Shown here: positions 38,768 through 48,489 of the stretch, piece by piece | How positions within the stretch are numbered: position 1 is the first letter of the stretch | Layout: the number at the start of each line of letters is the position of its first letter | Assembly: GCA_937995645.1 (NCBI GenBank) | Contig: CALKJP010000068.1 | Coordinates: forward strand, 1 to 52,339 | Direction of reading: 5' to 3' | Source: an uncultured Bacteroidia bacterium | Lineage (GTDB): Bacteria; Bacteroidota; Bacteroidia; JACCXN01 | DNA: 52,339 nucleotides | The notes under the pieces: generated by a model | Seen by the model: only the letters and a program-made list of their open reading frames with translations | Databases searched by the model: none | What the model was told of the DNA's origin: nothing | Translations under genes and position numbers: made by a program

Positions 38768-39298
38768 TTATTGAAATTGTTTGAAAATTTCCCACATTAC
38801 AATACCTGCACTAACTGACACGTTTAATGAATGTTTAGTGCCGGTTTGTGGAATTTCAAGAGCAGCATCGCATAAGTATAATAAATTTTCGTCAACTCCG
38901 GAAACTTCATTCCCAAAAACGAATGCGAGTTTCCTTTTTTTTTCGATTATATTAAGTTGATTTAATTTTATACTATTATCAATTTGCTCAACGGCATAAA
39001 TAAAGTAGTTTGATTTTTTTAACTCTTCAAGGGCTTCTTTTGTTTCCTTATAATAATTCCATGTAACGCTATCAGTTGCTCCCAATGCAGTTTTTTGTAT
39101 TTCTTTATTTGGAGGTGTTCCCGTAATTCCACATAAATATATAGCATCAATCGAAAATGCATCGGCTGTTCGGAAAATACTTCCTACATTTAACAAACTA
39201 CGGATATTGTCTAAAACAATAACAACGGGTATCTTTTCTGACGATTTAAATTCTTCGATGGATTTTCTTTTTAAGTCATCAGCACTAAGTTTTTTCAT
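38768..39298 (-). CDS. SpoU/TrmH family RNA 2'-O-methyltransferase
   Basis: 176 aa. LDNIRSLLNVGSIFRTADAF, FVFGNEVSGV and SLNVSVSAGIVMWE are SPOUT motifs. Confidence 0.85.
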   Translation of the reverse strand: MKKLSADDLKRKSIEEFKSSEKIPVVIVLDNIRSLLNVGSIFRTADAFSIDAIYLCGITGTPPNKEIQKTALGATDSVTWNYYKETKEALEELKKSNYFIYAVEQIDNSIKLNQLNIIEKKRKLAFVFGNEVSGVDENLLYLCDAALEIPQTGTKHSLNVSVSAGIVMWEIFKQFQ

Positions 39299-39303
39299 GA
39301 ATT

Positions 39304-39822
39304 TTATAATTTAAAATAGTTATTGATTATTTTAATGGCATTATGTAAGCGACATTCTCCCATTCCTTTAATCTCTGCGAAATTAAAGCCTCTTGTTATT
39401 AATTCATTTTTATAAACGTTGAAAAAATACTTTCTCCTATGCGGATTTTCTCTAATGCCATCATTTATCCAAGGTAAGTCGGGATGCGTAAGTAGATATA
39501 AATCGTATCGCTGCTTTTCTAATTCTTGTATAATAAAATCAGGACAAGTTTTATAAATATCTTCTGCCCATACTTTTGCAATAATCAATTCGGTATCAAT
39601 AAAAAGAAATTTATTTGCAATTTTTTCTTTTTCATGCTCTATTTCCAATTGCTTTTTAGCAATTAAAACAATATCGTCAATATTGTATGATCTATTTAAT
39701 GTTGCAACATAGGTTCTGGCATATTCGGGCACCCATTCGGTATTAAAATGTTTTGCAAGTTTTTCTGATAAGTCAGATTTACCTGTAGATTCCGGACCTA
39801 TAAGCGCAATTTTTTTAATCAT
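39304..39822 (-). CDS. NadR-type ribosylnicotinamide kinase-like P-loop ATPase
   Basis: MIKKIALIGPESTGKSDLSEKLAKHFNTEWVPEYARTY matches the NadR C-terminal kinase domain. The gene is adjacent to pnuC. The internal ATG is chosen, which overlaps the pnuC stop by 8 nt. Confidence 0.7.
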   Translation of the reverse strand: MIKKIALIGPESTGKSDLSEKLAKHFNTEWVPEYARTYVATLNRSYNIDDIVLIAKKQLEIEHEKEKIANKFLFIDTELIIAKVWAEDIYKTCPDFIIQELEKQRYDLYLLTHPDLPWINDGIRENPHRRKYFFNVYKNELITRGFNFAEIKGMGECRLHNAIKIINNYFKL

Positions 39823-40417
39823 TTTGTAGTTTGAATTTTTTCTTCCAGCTAAAGTATCCGTAAGTTGCAAGTAAGGTAAATATAATATAAAGCAATCCGG
39901 TTAAATATAAGTTTCTTGATGTGTATAAAAAAAACGATACTAAATCAATTACTATCCAGTAAAGCCAGTTTTCAAGTACTTTTTGTGCTACCATCCAAGT
40001 GGCATATAGACTAAAAACGGTAGTAAATGCATCCATATATGGCGAGGCTGCTTGTGAGTATTTACCAAGCAAATATCCTGTAATAATTGTAGCAATAGAA
40101 GATAGCAGAATATTTATAAAATGATGTTTTAATGGAAGTTGAATAATTCTTTTTTCTGATTTATTTTCTGATTTTTTAAATTTCCATTTATACCAGCCTA
40201 CTACGGCCATTATTAAATAGAAAACTTGTAAAAAAGTTTCGGCATAAAGCTGAGCCTTAATACATAAATAAATATAAATTGATACGCTTAAAAATGCACA
40301 ATACCATGCAATGATAATTTCTTTTGCTGCCAATATAACATAAGCAATACTTAGTAAAACGGCAATGCTTTCTAATATGTTTAATGAATTGACAAATGCA
40401 ATAAGATATGCTTCCAT
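39815..40417 (-). CDS. pnuC: nicotinamide riboside transporter PnuC
   Basis: 200 aa with about 7 TM helices. ...WYCAFLSVSIYIYL..., ...MAVVGWYKWKF... and ...ENWLYWIVIDLVS... are typical of PnuC. Confidence 0.8.
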   Translation of the reverse strand: MEAYLIAFVNSLNILESIAVLLSIAYVILAAKEIIIAWYCAFLSVSIYIYLCIKAQLYAETFLQVFYLIMAVVGWYKWKFKKSENKSEKRIIQLPLKHHFINILLSSIATIITGYLLGKYSQAASPYMDAFTTVFSLYATWMVAQKVLENWLYWIVIDLVSFFLYTSRNLYLTGLLYIIFTLLATYGYFSWKKKFKLQND

Positions 40418-40418
40418 T

Positions 40419-41171
40419 TTATATTACAACAGAAATGGCGGCTTTTATTTGTTTAATTAGTTCAGGCGATTTTTCAGCAGCATTTCCTACTACTACTATA
40501 TCTGCACCTGCATTAAAAGCGTTTATTGCTTTTTCAACTGTATTTATTCCGCCTCCTATAATTAATGGGCAAGAAATGCTGTTTTTTACTTTTGAGATTG
40601 TTTCATTAGAAATGGTATTTTGAGCACCGCTACCGGCATCTAAATAAATAAGTTTTAAGCCTAGCATTTCGCCTGCCATTGCTGTGCATACTGCAATTTC
40701 GGGTTTATCGGAAGGTATAGGTGTAGTGTTGCTAATGTAGGATACGGTAGTAGATTTACCGCTTTCAATTAAAATATAACCGGTTGGTAAAATTTCTATT
40801 CCGCTTGATTTTAAAAATGGAGCAGCCACTATGTGCTGACCAATTAAGTATTCCGGATTTCTTCCCGAAATGAGTGAAAGAAATAAAATTCCATCTGCTT
40901 TTGCGCTTATCTGCATAGAACTTCCGGGGAATAGAATTACCGGAATTATAGTTTGCTTTTTTATTTCGTTTAAAAAATATTCGAAATGAGTTGGTTCATG
41001 CAGTAAACTACCTCCATAAAAAATAAAATCTACATTGCTACTTTTACATATATTAATAGTGTTTGATAGGCTTTCAGAACTTAGTTTATCCGGGTCGATT
41101 AATACAGCCAGTTGCTTTTTGTTTAAAGCAGCCTTGTGTTGAATAGTTTGATATATATTGGATTTATGCAT
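40419..41171 (-). CDS. geranylgeranylglyceryl/heptaprenylglyceryl phosphate synthase family (PcrB/GGGPS) protein
   Basis: 250 aa TIM-barrel protein. AVLIDPDK, FIFYGGS, YLDAGSGA and IIGGGINTVEKAINAFNAGADIVVVGNA. Confidence 0.8.
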   Translation of the reverse strand: MHKSNIYQTIQHKAALNKKQLAVLIDPDKLSSESLSNTINICKSSNVDFIFYGGSLLHEPTHFEYFLNEIKKQTIIPVILFPGSSMQISAKADGILFLSLISGRNPEYLIGQHIVAAPFLKSSGIEILPTGYILIESGKSTTVSYISNTTPIPSDKPEIAVCTAMAGEMLGLKLIYLDAGSGAQNTISNETISKVKNSISCPLIIGGGINTVEKAINAFNAGADIVVVGNAAEKSPELIKQIKAAISVVI

Positions 41172-41829
41172 TATTTGAATCTTGCTTTTTTTCTTCTATT
41201 GCATATACAATGGCATGGTCTGTCCAATGTTTATAAAAGAGTTTCGCCTTTGTTATTAATGTTCCATCTTCAGCTAAAATTTCTCCATAAAAATTATTAG
41301 AACCAATTCCTTTTACCTTTAATTGTTTTGCAAATATGAGACTTTTTTTGCCATGTAATTTATATAACGCTTCTTTTGCTGCCCAGTAAATTGTTGCATA
41401 TAGTTCTTTATCAACTTGTTTGCTAAGTGTTTTATATTCATCTAAACTTAAAAATTTGAAAGCTACTTTTAGCGCTTTGTTACTTATTTTTTCAATATCA
41501 ATACCCACGCGCTTTTCGGAATGAACAATACTGGCTACATAGTTGTTGGTATGCGAAAGTGAAAGGTAAAAATTGCCTTCGGTAAAATGTGGTTTTTTAA
41601 ACTCATCATAATAAATAGAATTAAAATCGCCTGCCAGCTGTCGGCTAAGCCAAATGGCTGTGGCTCTTTCAAGTTTACGTGAAGTAGAAGCGAGTTCATC
41701 AATATATTTTTGTTCTGGTAATGAAATTTCATTGCGTAAAATATTTAGTTTATACATAGGAGGTAGTTTAGCAACTCCCAATTTGCCTTTTTTATTAATA
41801 GGTTCGATGTATATCTCAGTTATTTGCAA
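41164..41829 (-). CDS. 4'-phosphopantetheinyl transferase superfamily protein
   Basis: 221 aa. GIDIEKI and WAAKEALYKLHG motifs. It has an 8-nt overlap with the GGGPS gene. Confidence 0.8.
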   Translation of the reverse strand: MQITEIYIEPINKKGKLGVAKLPPMYKLNILRNEISLPEQKYIDELASTSRKLERATAIWLSRQLAGDFNSIYYDEFKKPHFTEGNFYLSLSHTNNYVASIVHSEKRVGIDIEKISNKALKVAFKFLSLDEYKTLSKQVDKELYATIYWAAKEALYKLHGKKSLIFAKQLKVKGIGSNNFYGEILAEDGTLITKAKLFYKHWTDHAIVYAIEEKKQDSNNA

Positions 41830-41870
41830 ATTAATTCTTTTTATGTGTTTGAAACTACATCATTTATCAG

Positions 41871-41878
41871 TAAATTTG
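41871..41878 (+). promoter_or_regulatory. Bacteroidota-type -7 promoter box (TAnnTTTG)
   Basis: TAAATTTG lies 35 nt upstream of the ahcY ATG. Confidence 0.4.
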
Positions 41879-41912
41879 CTCTATATTAGTTTAATTTAAA
41901 AATAAAATAACA

Positions 41913-43226
41913 ATGTCACAAACAGCAGAACAAACCAAGTATAAAGTTAAAGATATTTCTTTAGCTGAGTGGGGTAGAAAAGAAATCAAATTAGCCGAAG
42001 CCGAAATGCCGGGCTTAATGTCGCTTCGCGAAGAATACGGCAAAAGCAAGCCTTTAGCAGGTGCTCGCATTGCAGGATGTTTGCACATGACTATCCAAAC
42101 AGCCGTTCTTATTGAAACGTTAGTTGAATTAGGAGCTGAAGTTTCATGGTCATCATGTAATATTTTCTCAACACAAGATCATGCTGCTGCTGCAATTGCT
42201 GCCGCAGGAATTCCGGTATTTGCATGGAAGGGAATGAACGAACAGGAATTCGATTGGTGTATCGAACAAACTTTATTTGCGTTTAAAGATGGTAAGGCAT
42301 TAAACATGATTTTAGACGATGGAGGTGATTTAACCAATATGGTATTAGATCGCTATCCGGAATTGGTAAAAGATATTCGTGGTTTATCAGAAGAAACAAC
42401 CACCGGTGTTCACCGTTTATACGAAAGAATGCGTAAAGGAACATTGCCAATTCCGGCAATTAATATTAACGACTCGGTAACAAAATCAAAATTCGACAAC
42501 AAATATGGTTGCCGCGAATCACTGGTAGATGCTATTCGCAGAGCTACCGATTTAATGTTAGCCGGAAAAGTGGCGGTAGTAGCAGGATTTGGCGATGTAG
42601 GTAAAGGTTCTGCCGAATCATTAAAAGATGCAAAAGTAAGAACCATTGTTACCGAAATTGACCCAATTTGTGCATTACAGGCAGCTATGGAAGGTTATGA
42701 AGTTAAAAAAATGATTGATGCCGTTAAAGAAGCTGATATTATTGTTACAGCAACCGGAAATTGCAATATTATTACCGAAAAACATTTCAGATTAATGAAA
42801 CATAATGCCGTAGTTTGTAATATAGGCCATTTTGATAACGAAATAGATATGGCATGGTTAAATAAACATTATGGACATACAAAAGACACTATTAAGCCAC
42901 AAGTAGATAAATATACCATAGACGGTAAAGATATTATTGTTCTTGCAGAAGGACGTTTAGTAAACTTAGGTTGTGCCATGGGACATCCTTCGTTTGTAAT
43001 GTCAAATTCATTTACCAACCAAACTTTGGCTCAAATTGAACTATGGAACAATTATGCCAAATACGAAAATAAAGTTTATACCCTTCCTAAACATTTAGAC
43101 GAAAAAGTAGCTCGTTTACACTTAAAGAAAATTGGTGTTGAAATAGACGAGTTAACTGACGAACAGGCCGAATATATTGGCGTACCTAAAAACGGTCCGT
43201 TTAAAAACGACATGTACAGATACTAA
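41913..43226 (+). CDS. ahcY: adenosylhomocysteinase
   Basis: 437 aa. [30 protein letters not shown], the NAD site [10 protein letters not shown] and HFDNEID. Confidence 0.95.
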   Translation: MSQTAEQTKYKVKDISLAEWGRKEIKLAEAEMPGLMSLREEYGKSKPLAGARIAGCLHMTIQTAVLIETLVELGAEVSWSSCNIFSTQDHAAAAIAAAGIPVFAWKGMNEQEFDWCIEQTLFAFKDGKALNMILDDGGDLTNMVLDRYPELVKDIRGLSEETTTGVHRLYERMRKGTLPIPAININDSVTKSKFDNKYGCRESLVDAIRRATDLMLAGKVAVVAGFGDVGKGSAESLKDAKVRTIVTEIDPICALQAAMEGYEVKKMIDAVKEADIIVTATGNCNIITEKHFRLMKHNAVVCNIGHFDNEIDMAWLNKHYGHTKDTIKPQVDKYTIDGKDIIVLAEGRLVNLGCAMGHPSFVMSNSFTNQTLAQIELWNNYAKYENKVYTLPKHLDEKVARLHLKKIGVEIDELTDEQAEYIGVPKNGPFKNDMYRY

Positions 43227-43249
43227 TTTCACTAACAGTGTTATATTTA

Positions 43250-43281
43250 AAAAACCTCTCCGTTTCGAGAGGTTTTTTTTT
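43250..43281 (+). terminator. rho-independent terminator
   Basis: AAAAACCTCTC-CGTTTC-GAGAGGTTTTTTTTT. Confidence 0.75.
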
Positions 43282-43339
43282 GAAAAAATGTTTATAAAAT
43301 ATAAAAAGCAACCTCAATAGTATTTGTATTTTTACGCTC

Positions 43340-45991
43340 ATGGCAAAAAACAGAGCAGCAATTAAAAGCGCAACAGCCGAAAAGGAAACCCCTTTAATGA
43401 AACAATACAATACAATTAAAGGAAAGTATCCCGATGCGCTATTGCTTTTTCGAGTGGGAGATTTTTATGAAACATTTGGAGAAGATGCCATTAAAGCGGC
43501 AAACATCTTAGGTATTGTTTTAACCAAACGCGCCAATGGTGCTGCATCTTATGTAGAGTTAGCCGGTTTTCCTTATCATTCCTTAGATGCTTATTTGCCT
43601 AAGTTAGTAAGGGCGGGACAACGTGTTGCCATTTGCGAGCAAATGGAAGATCCTAAGATGACTAAAACCATTGTAAAACGAGATGTTACAGAATTAGTTA
43701 CTCCCGGGATTTCATACAATGATAAAGTTTTAGAACACAAAGCAAATAATTTTCTGGCAGTAGTACACTTAGATAAAGACGTGCATGGAGTTGCTTTTTT
43801 AGATGTATCTACCGGAGAATTTTTAATAGCACAGGGAAAAATAGAATACATCGAAAAATTAGTCCATAATTTTCGTCCAAGTGAAATTATATTTCAGAAG
43901 CATAAACGAAAAGAAGTATCTGAAAAATTTTCCGAAAAATTTTATACCTATGGATTAGAAGACTGGGTATTTACCATAGAATTTGCTTACGAAAAATTAT
44001 TAAATCATTTTCGAACCAATTCCTTAAAAGGTTTTGGCATTGAAGATTTACAACAGGCAATAATTGCAGCCGGAGCAGCATTGCATTATTTGTCAGAATC
44101 GCATCAAGATCGAGTTCAGCACATTGCATCTATTTCGCGCATTGAAGAAGATAATTATGTGTGGATTGATAAATTTACTGCACGCAATCTTGAGCTTTTT
44201 TCATCGCACAATCAAGACGCTGTTACATTAATTGATGTAATTGACAATACCGTTTCCCCAATGGGAGCAAGGCTTTTAAAGCGATGGTTAGCTCTGCCAT
44301 TGAAAGAAGTAAATGCTATCAATGAACGCCTGGATGTTGTTCAATATTTTTATGACAACAAGGATTTTGCACAACAACTTTCGCAAATCATACATCAGGC
44401 GGGAGATATGGAGCGTATTATCTCCAAAGTAAGTGTAGGGAGAATTACACCGCGTGAAACCATGCAACTAAAACGCTCGCTGGATGCAGTGGCTCAGATA
44501 AAAGAGTTATGCGAAAAAAGCGGAAATAAGCAGTTGCAGAAAATTGCCGACCAGCTAAATCCCTGCAAAACAGCAATAGAAAAAATTCAAAAGGAGCTAA
44601 TTGCCGAACCGCCTGCCAATATTAATAAAGGAGGATACATTGCACAAGGCGTAAATACAGAACTTGATGAGTTGCGCAATATCGCCTATTCCGGAAAAGA
44701 TTATTTGTTGCAAGTTCAAAAACGCGAAAGCGAACGCACCGGCATACCTTCACTTAAAGTTGCATTTAACAATATTTTTGGTTATTATATCGAAGTAACC
44801 AATGCACATAAAAATAAAGTCCCAACAGATTGGATTCGCAAACAAACACTCGTAAATGCCGAGCGATACATTACCGAAGAATTAAAACAATACGAAGAAA
44901 AAATTCTGGGTGCTGAAGAAAAAATTTTAGCCATTGAGCAAAAAATATTTCAGGAATTAATTGCACATCTTACAGATTTTATTGTGCCTGTTCAGTTAGA
45001 TGCATCACTATTGGCGCGATTAGATTGTTTAATCACTTTTGCCGATAATGCACGAAAAAATAATTACTGTAAACCTGTTGTAAACGATTCAAAAGTATTG
45101 GATATTAAACAAGGGCGCCATCCTGTAATTGAAAAGCAACTGAAAGTAGGCGATAAGTATGTGGCTAACGATGTATTTTTAGATACCGATACGCAACAGA
45201 TAATTATGATTACCGGCCCAAATATGAGTGGTAAATCTGCATTGCTAAGACAAACGGCATTAATAGTTTTATTGGCGCAAATAGGTTCATTTGTACCTGC
45301 TGATGCTGCCACTATTGGAATAGTTGATAAAATTTTTACACGCGTGGGCGCATCCGATAATATTTCTTCAGGAGAATCTACTTTTATGGTAGAAATGAAT
45401 GAAACCGCAAGCATCTTAAATAATATTTCTGACAGAAGTTTGATTTTACTCGATGAGATAGGCAGAGGTACCAGTACCTATGATGGTATTTCTATTGCGT
45501 GGGCAATTGCCGAATATTTACATGAAAATGTCAAAGCACGCCCTAAAACATTATTTGCTACCCATTATCACGAATTGAATGATATGGAGCAAATATTTAC
45601 ACGAATAAAAAATTATAATGTATCGGTTAAGGAAATTAATAACAAAATAATTTTCTTAAGAAAATTAGTCCCTGGCGGCTCAGAGCACAGCTTTGGCATC
45701 CACGTAGCCGAAATGGCAGGAATGCCTTCAATTGTGGTAAAAAGAGCTAAAGAAATTTTAAAACAATTGGAACAAAGTCATTCGCAAGCAGAAATTTTTT
45801 CTTATGAAAACAACAAAAAGAAAAATACCAATCAGGTTTCATCCAACAACTTTCAACTTAGTTTCTTTCAATTAGACGACCCCGTTTTGTCTCAAATTAA
45901 AGAACAAATTATCCATATAGATATTGACAATTTAACACCGGTTGAAGCATTATTAAAGTTGCACGAAATCAAGAAATTAATTGGTGGGTAG
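43340..45991 (+). CDS. mutS: DNA mismatch repair protein MutS
   Basis: 883 aa. [30 protein letters not shown], Walker [23 protein letters not shown] and THYHEL. Confidence 0.95.
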   Translation: MAKNRAAIKSATAEKETPLMKQYNTIKGKYPDALLLFRVGDFYETFGEDAIKAANILGIVLTKRANGAASYVELAGFPYHSLDAYLPKLVRAGQRVAICEQMEDPKMTKTIVKRDVTELVTPGISYNDKVLEHKANNFLAVVHLDKDVHGVAFLDVSTGEFLIAQGKIEYIEKLVHNFRPSEIIFQKHKRKEVSEKFSEKFYTYGLEDWVFTIEFAYEKLLNHFRTNSLKGFGIEDLQQAIIAAGAALHYLSESHQDRVQHIASISRIEEDNYVWIDKFTARNLELFSSHNQDAVTLIDVIDNTVSPMGARLLKRWLALPLKEVNAINERLDVVQYFYDNKDFAQQLSQIIHQAGDMERIISKVSVGRITPRETMQLKRSLDAVAQIKELCEKSGNKQLQKIADQLNPCKTAIEKIQKELIAEPPANINKGGYIAQGVNTELDELRNIAYSGKDYLLQVQKRESERTGIPSLKVAFNNIFGYYIEVTNAHKNKVPTDWIRKQTLVNAERYITEELKQYEEKILGAEEKILAIEQKIFQELIAHLTDFIVPVQLDASLLARLDCLITFADNARKNNYCKPVVNDSKVLDIKQGRHPVIEKQLKVGDKYVANDVFLDTDTQQIIMITGPNMSGKSALLRQTALIVLLAQIGSFVPADAATIGIVDKIFTRVGASDNISSGESTFMVEMNETASILNNISDRSLILLDEIGRGTSTYDGISIAWAIAEYLHENVKARPKTLFATHYHELNDMEQIFTRIKNYNVSVKEINNKIIFLRKLVPGGSEHSFGIHVAEMAGMPSIVVKRAKEILKQLEQSHSQAEIFSYENNKKKNTNQVSSNNFQLSFFQLDDPVLSQIKEQIIHIDIDNLTPVEALLKLHEIKKLIGG

Positions 45992-46050
45992 AAAAAAATT
46001 GCTTTATTTGTATAACAAATTAAAAAAATAATTAATTTTGCCATCCCAAA

Positions 46051-46144
46051 GCGGAAATAGCTTCCCGAAGTTTCGGGAGTAGAGTACGCAAAGAAAAGCG
46101 GAAATAGCTTCCCGAAGTTTCGGGAGTAGAGCACGCAAAGAAAA
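46051..46144 (+). repeat. two tandem 47-nt units, each a rearranged copy of the 5' third of tRNA-Gly
   Basis: GCGGAAATAGCT-TCCCGAAGTTTCGGGA-GTAGAG(T/C)AC-GCAAAGAAAA occurs twice (46051 and 46098) with one mismatch. The third period, at 46145, is the real tRNA. Confidence 0.85.
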
Positions 46145-46217
46145 GCGGAAATAGCTCAGTTGGTAGAGCACAACCTTGCCAAGGTTGGGGTCGCGAGTTC
46201 GAGTCTCGTTTTCCGCT
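46145..46217 (+). tRNA. tRNA-Gly (anticodon GCC)
   Basis: Hand-folded cloverleaf. Acceptor GCGGAAA/TTTCCGC; D arm GCTC-AGTTGGTA-GAGC; anticodon arm CAACC-TTGCCAA-GGTTG; T arm GCGAG-TTCGAGT-CTCGT. 73 nt with no encoded CCA. Confidence 0.9.
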
Positions 46218-46229
46218 CTTATTAAGTTA

Positions 46230-46260
46230 AAAACCCTCTCGAAAGAGAGGGCTGTTTTTT
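46230..46260 (+). terminator. hairpin with T-run after tRNA-Gly
   Basis: CCCTCTC-GAAA-GAGAGGG followed by CTGTTTTTT. Confidence 0.6.
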
Positions 46261-46275
46261 AAAGAAAAAACAGAA

Positions 46276-46360
46276 GCCCAGGTGGTGGAATTGGTAGACA
46301 CGCAGGACTTAAAATCCTGTGGCCATTGCGGCCGTGCGGGTTCAAGTCCCGCCCCGGGTA
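46276..46360 (+). tRNA. tRNA-Leu (anticodon TAA), class II with a long variable arm
   Basis: Acceptor GCCCAGG; TG; D arm GTGG-AATTGGTAG-ACAC; anticodon arm CAGGA-CTTAAAA-TCCTG; variable arm GGCC-ATTGC-GGCC; T arm GCGGG-TTCAAGT-CCCGC; 3' acceptor CCCGGGT, then A. My fold gives one A:C mismatch and a G:U pair in the acceptor stem. Confidence 0.8.
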
Positions 46361-46364
46361 CACA

Positions 46365-46395
46365 AAAAGCGCTCCGAATTTCGGGGCGCTTTTTT
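46365..46395 (+). terminator. rho-independent terminator after tRNA-Leu
   Basis: GCGCTCCGA-ATT-TCGGGGCGC followed by TTTTTT. Confidence 0.7.
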
Positions 46396-46490
46396 AGTTT
46401 CTTTTATCTTAATCAATGAAATAAGCTTTATGAAAAAATCAAAACGCAAATCCTTTGCGTTCGTGATTTTTTCTTTTGTAAAAAAAGCTT

Positions 46491-48173
46491 ATGGAAAACA
46501 AATCACTTTTTGAAAATCTAAAAGAAATTTCTAGTTACTTAGAAGAACATCCTGATTCTTTAAAAAATAAAGAAAGAATTGATGTTCACCTTCAAAATCT
46601 TAGCGAACCATTAACGGAAATTAAAAGTCAAGTTTTATGTGAAAGCAATCTTCAGGCATTATTATTTTCTATTGTGTTTATCGAAAACTCTTTAAAGGGT
46701 CATTGTGAAATAACGGATATAAGAGAAAGACTAAATTGCTATGATTCGGATATGTTTGAAATAAAGCGTGAAATGGAATGGCTAATTTCAAAGAAGATTA
46801 TCCAGTGCAATATAGTAAATAGAAGAAGTTATTATTCTGGTTACTTAATTCCTCAGGCTCTAATGAAATGTATTCTGAATAATAATGTGTTTATTGATGA
46901 GTATAAGAGAATATGTGATGAAAATGAAAATATATGGATTGAACTTAAGACAATTTTTGATTTAAAAGAAATTGGAGAAATTGATGAATCGCAGTTTTTT
47001 CAAGATTTTGAAAGTATTCTTTTAAAGTATAAAGATAAAAAGTTTAATAGTGCTATTAAAAAAATTAAATTAACAAATATTGAGTATATAGTCCTTGCAA
47101 AAATTTGTTTAGACTGGATTAATAATGAAAAAACCTGTGTAGAAGATGTTATAAAGTTTACATTTGATAGTTATGTAAAACAAATTAATGCACGCACTAA
47201 AATTCTTGGTGCATCTTCAAAATTGTTAAAATATAGATTGATAGAGCCTTACGAAAGCATGTTTGCTAGTAGCAGGTATTATATTTTATCTAATTATGGA
47301 ATAAGAGAGTTTATAGAACCCGAGTTAATTCCTCAAGCAAAAAAAACTACATTTTCTCCAAGTTTAGGCTCTGTAATTGCAAAATCAGTTATTACAGAAA
47401 AAGAATTGTTTTATCCAAATGAGGTTTTGTCTACCATAGAACAAATCAAATTTTCACTTTCTGATAATAACTATAAGCTAATTACCAAGCGTTTAAAAGA
47501 AGTGAATTTACCTCAAAACATTGGTGTGTTATTGTATGGAAAACCAGGTACTGGAAAAACAGAACTGGTTTATCAATTGGCAAAATCTTCACAACGCAAT
47601 ATCTATAAAATTGATGTGTCCAGCATTAGAGATAAATATGTTGGCGAATCAGAAAAGAAAATGAAAGAAGCTTTTCAAGAGTATAGAACTTATATGAAAA
47701 TATGTAATACAACTCCAATTTTATTGTTTAATGAGGCTGATTCAATTATTTCAAAAAGATTAGCACTTAATAGTAGTGTTGATCAAATGAATAATAATAT
47801 TCAAAATATACTTTTGGAAGAGCTTGAAAACTTTAAAGGGATTTTTATTGCTACAACAAATCTGACTAACAATATAGATAAAGCTTTTGAAAGAAGATTT
47901 TTATATAAAGTTGAAATTCCAAATCCTGATATTGAAACTCAGGCTAAAATATGGAAATCAAAATTAAAATTTAATCTTTCTGATGATATAATAAGGGATT
48001 TGTCGCATAATTATGAATTAACAGGTGCTCAAATCGACAATATTGCAAGAAAAAGTATTATTAATTATGTGCTAAATAATACCTATCCTGATTTTGCCTT
48101 ACTGGATAATTGGTGCAGAGAAGAAACTATTAAAAAGTCGGAAATAAACAAAATCGGTTTTTTTAAGAATTAA
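46491..48173 (+). CDS. classical-AAA ATPase with a roughly 330-aa unassigned N-terminal region
   Basis: C-terminal module: Walker A GKPGTGKT (47538..47561), KYVGESEKKMKEAF (pore-loop-like YVG), Walker B-like ILLFNEADS, sensor-1 FIATTN and AFERRF. I recognise no motif in the N-terminus. Confidence 0.8.
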   Translation: MENKSLFENLKEISSYLEEHPDSLKNKERIDVHLQNLSEPLTEIKSQVLCESNLQALLFSIVFIENSLKGHCEITDIRERLNCYDSDMFEIKREMEWLISKKIIQCNIVNRRSYYSGYLIPQALMKCILNNNVFIDEYKRICDENENIWIELKTIFDLKEIGEIDESQFFQDFESILLKYKDKKFNSAIKKIKLTNIEYIVLAKICLDWINNEKTCVEDVIKFTFDSYVKQINARTKILGASSKLLKYRLIEPYESMFASSRYYILSNYGIREFIEPELIPQAKKTTFSPSLGSVIAKSVITEKELFYPNEVLSTIEQIKFSLSDNNYKLITKRLKEVNLPQNIGVLLYGKPGTGKTELVYQLAKSSQRNIYKIDVSSIRDKYVGESEKKMKEAFQEYRTYMKICNTTPILLFNEADSIISKRLALNSSVDQMNNNIQNILLEELENFKGIFIATTNLTNNIDKAFERRFLYKVEIPNPDIETQAKIWKSKLKFNLSDDIIRDLSHNYELTGAQIDNIARKSIINYVLNNTYPDFALLDNWCREETIKKSEINKIGFFKN

Positions 48174-48240
48174 TGTAATTAACTTGACTCATTAGTAAAT
48201 ATCATTTAATTTAATCAAATCATTTTTAATTTATGCAATT

Positions 48241-48489
48241 ATGAAAGAATCAAAAGAATTTAATCAGTTTGGAGAAAAGCTAATGCAAAGAGTTCATGAA
48301 ATAATGGACGAATTTGAATTAAGTAAAGCCAATAAAAATGGATTAGCAATTTTTAATAAAGAAGAACGATTAAAATACGTTAGCGAAGCATTAAAAAATG
48401 AAGACATTAATTTAGATGATGATACCCTGAAGATTTTTATCGAAACAATAGATGAGATTTCTAACAATGAAAGAGAACAATCACAATAA
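48241..48489 (+). CDS. small acidic hypothetical protein (82 aa)
   Basis: D/E-rich, predicted helical, with no signal peptide. It overlaps the next ORF by 23 nt. Confidence 0.5.
   Translation: MKESKEFNQFGEKLMQRVHEIMDEFELSKANKNGLAIFNKEERLKYVSEALKNEDINLDDDTLKIFIETIDEISNNEREQSQ

Noticed and set aside
46051-46144. A mini CRISPR array
   Set aside because: There are only two contiguous 47-nt units with no spacers, and they are derived from the adjacent tRNA-Gly sequence. No cas genes are present.
46319-46513. A 64-aa ORF, and the 27-aa sub-ORF (ATG 46430) upstream of the AAA gene
   Set aside because: The long ORF runs through tRNA-Leu and its terminator. The short MKKSKRKSFAFVIFSFVKKAYGKQITF peptide has no supporting evidence and overlaps a hairpin (46443..46461). 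A leader peptide cannot be excluded, but there is nothing to support one.
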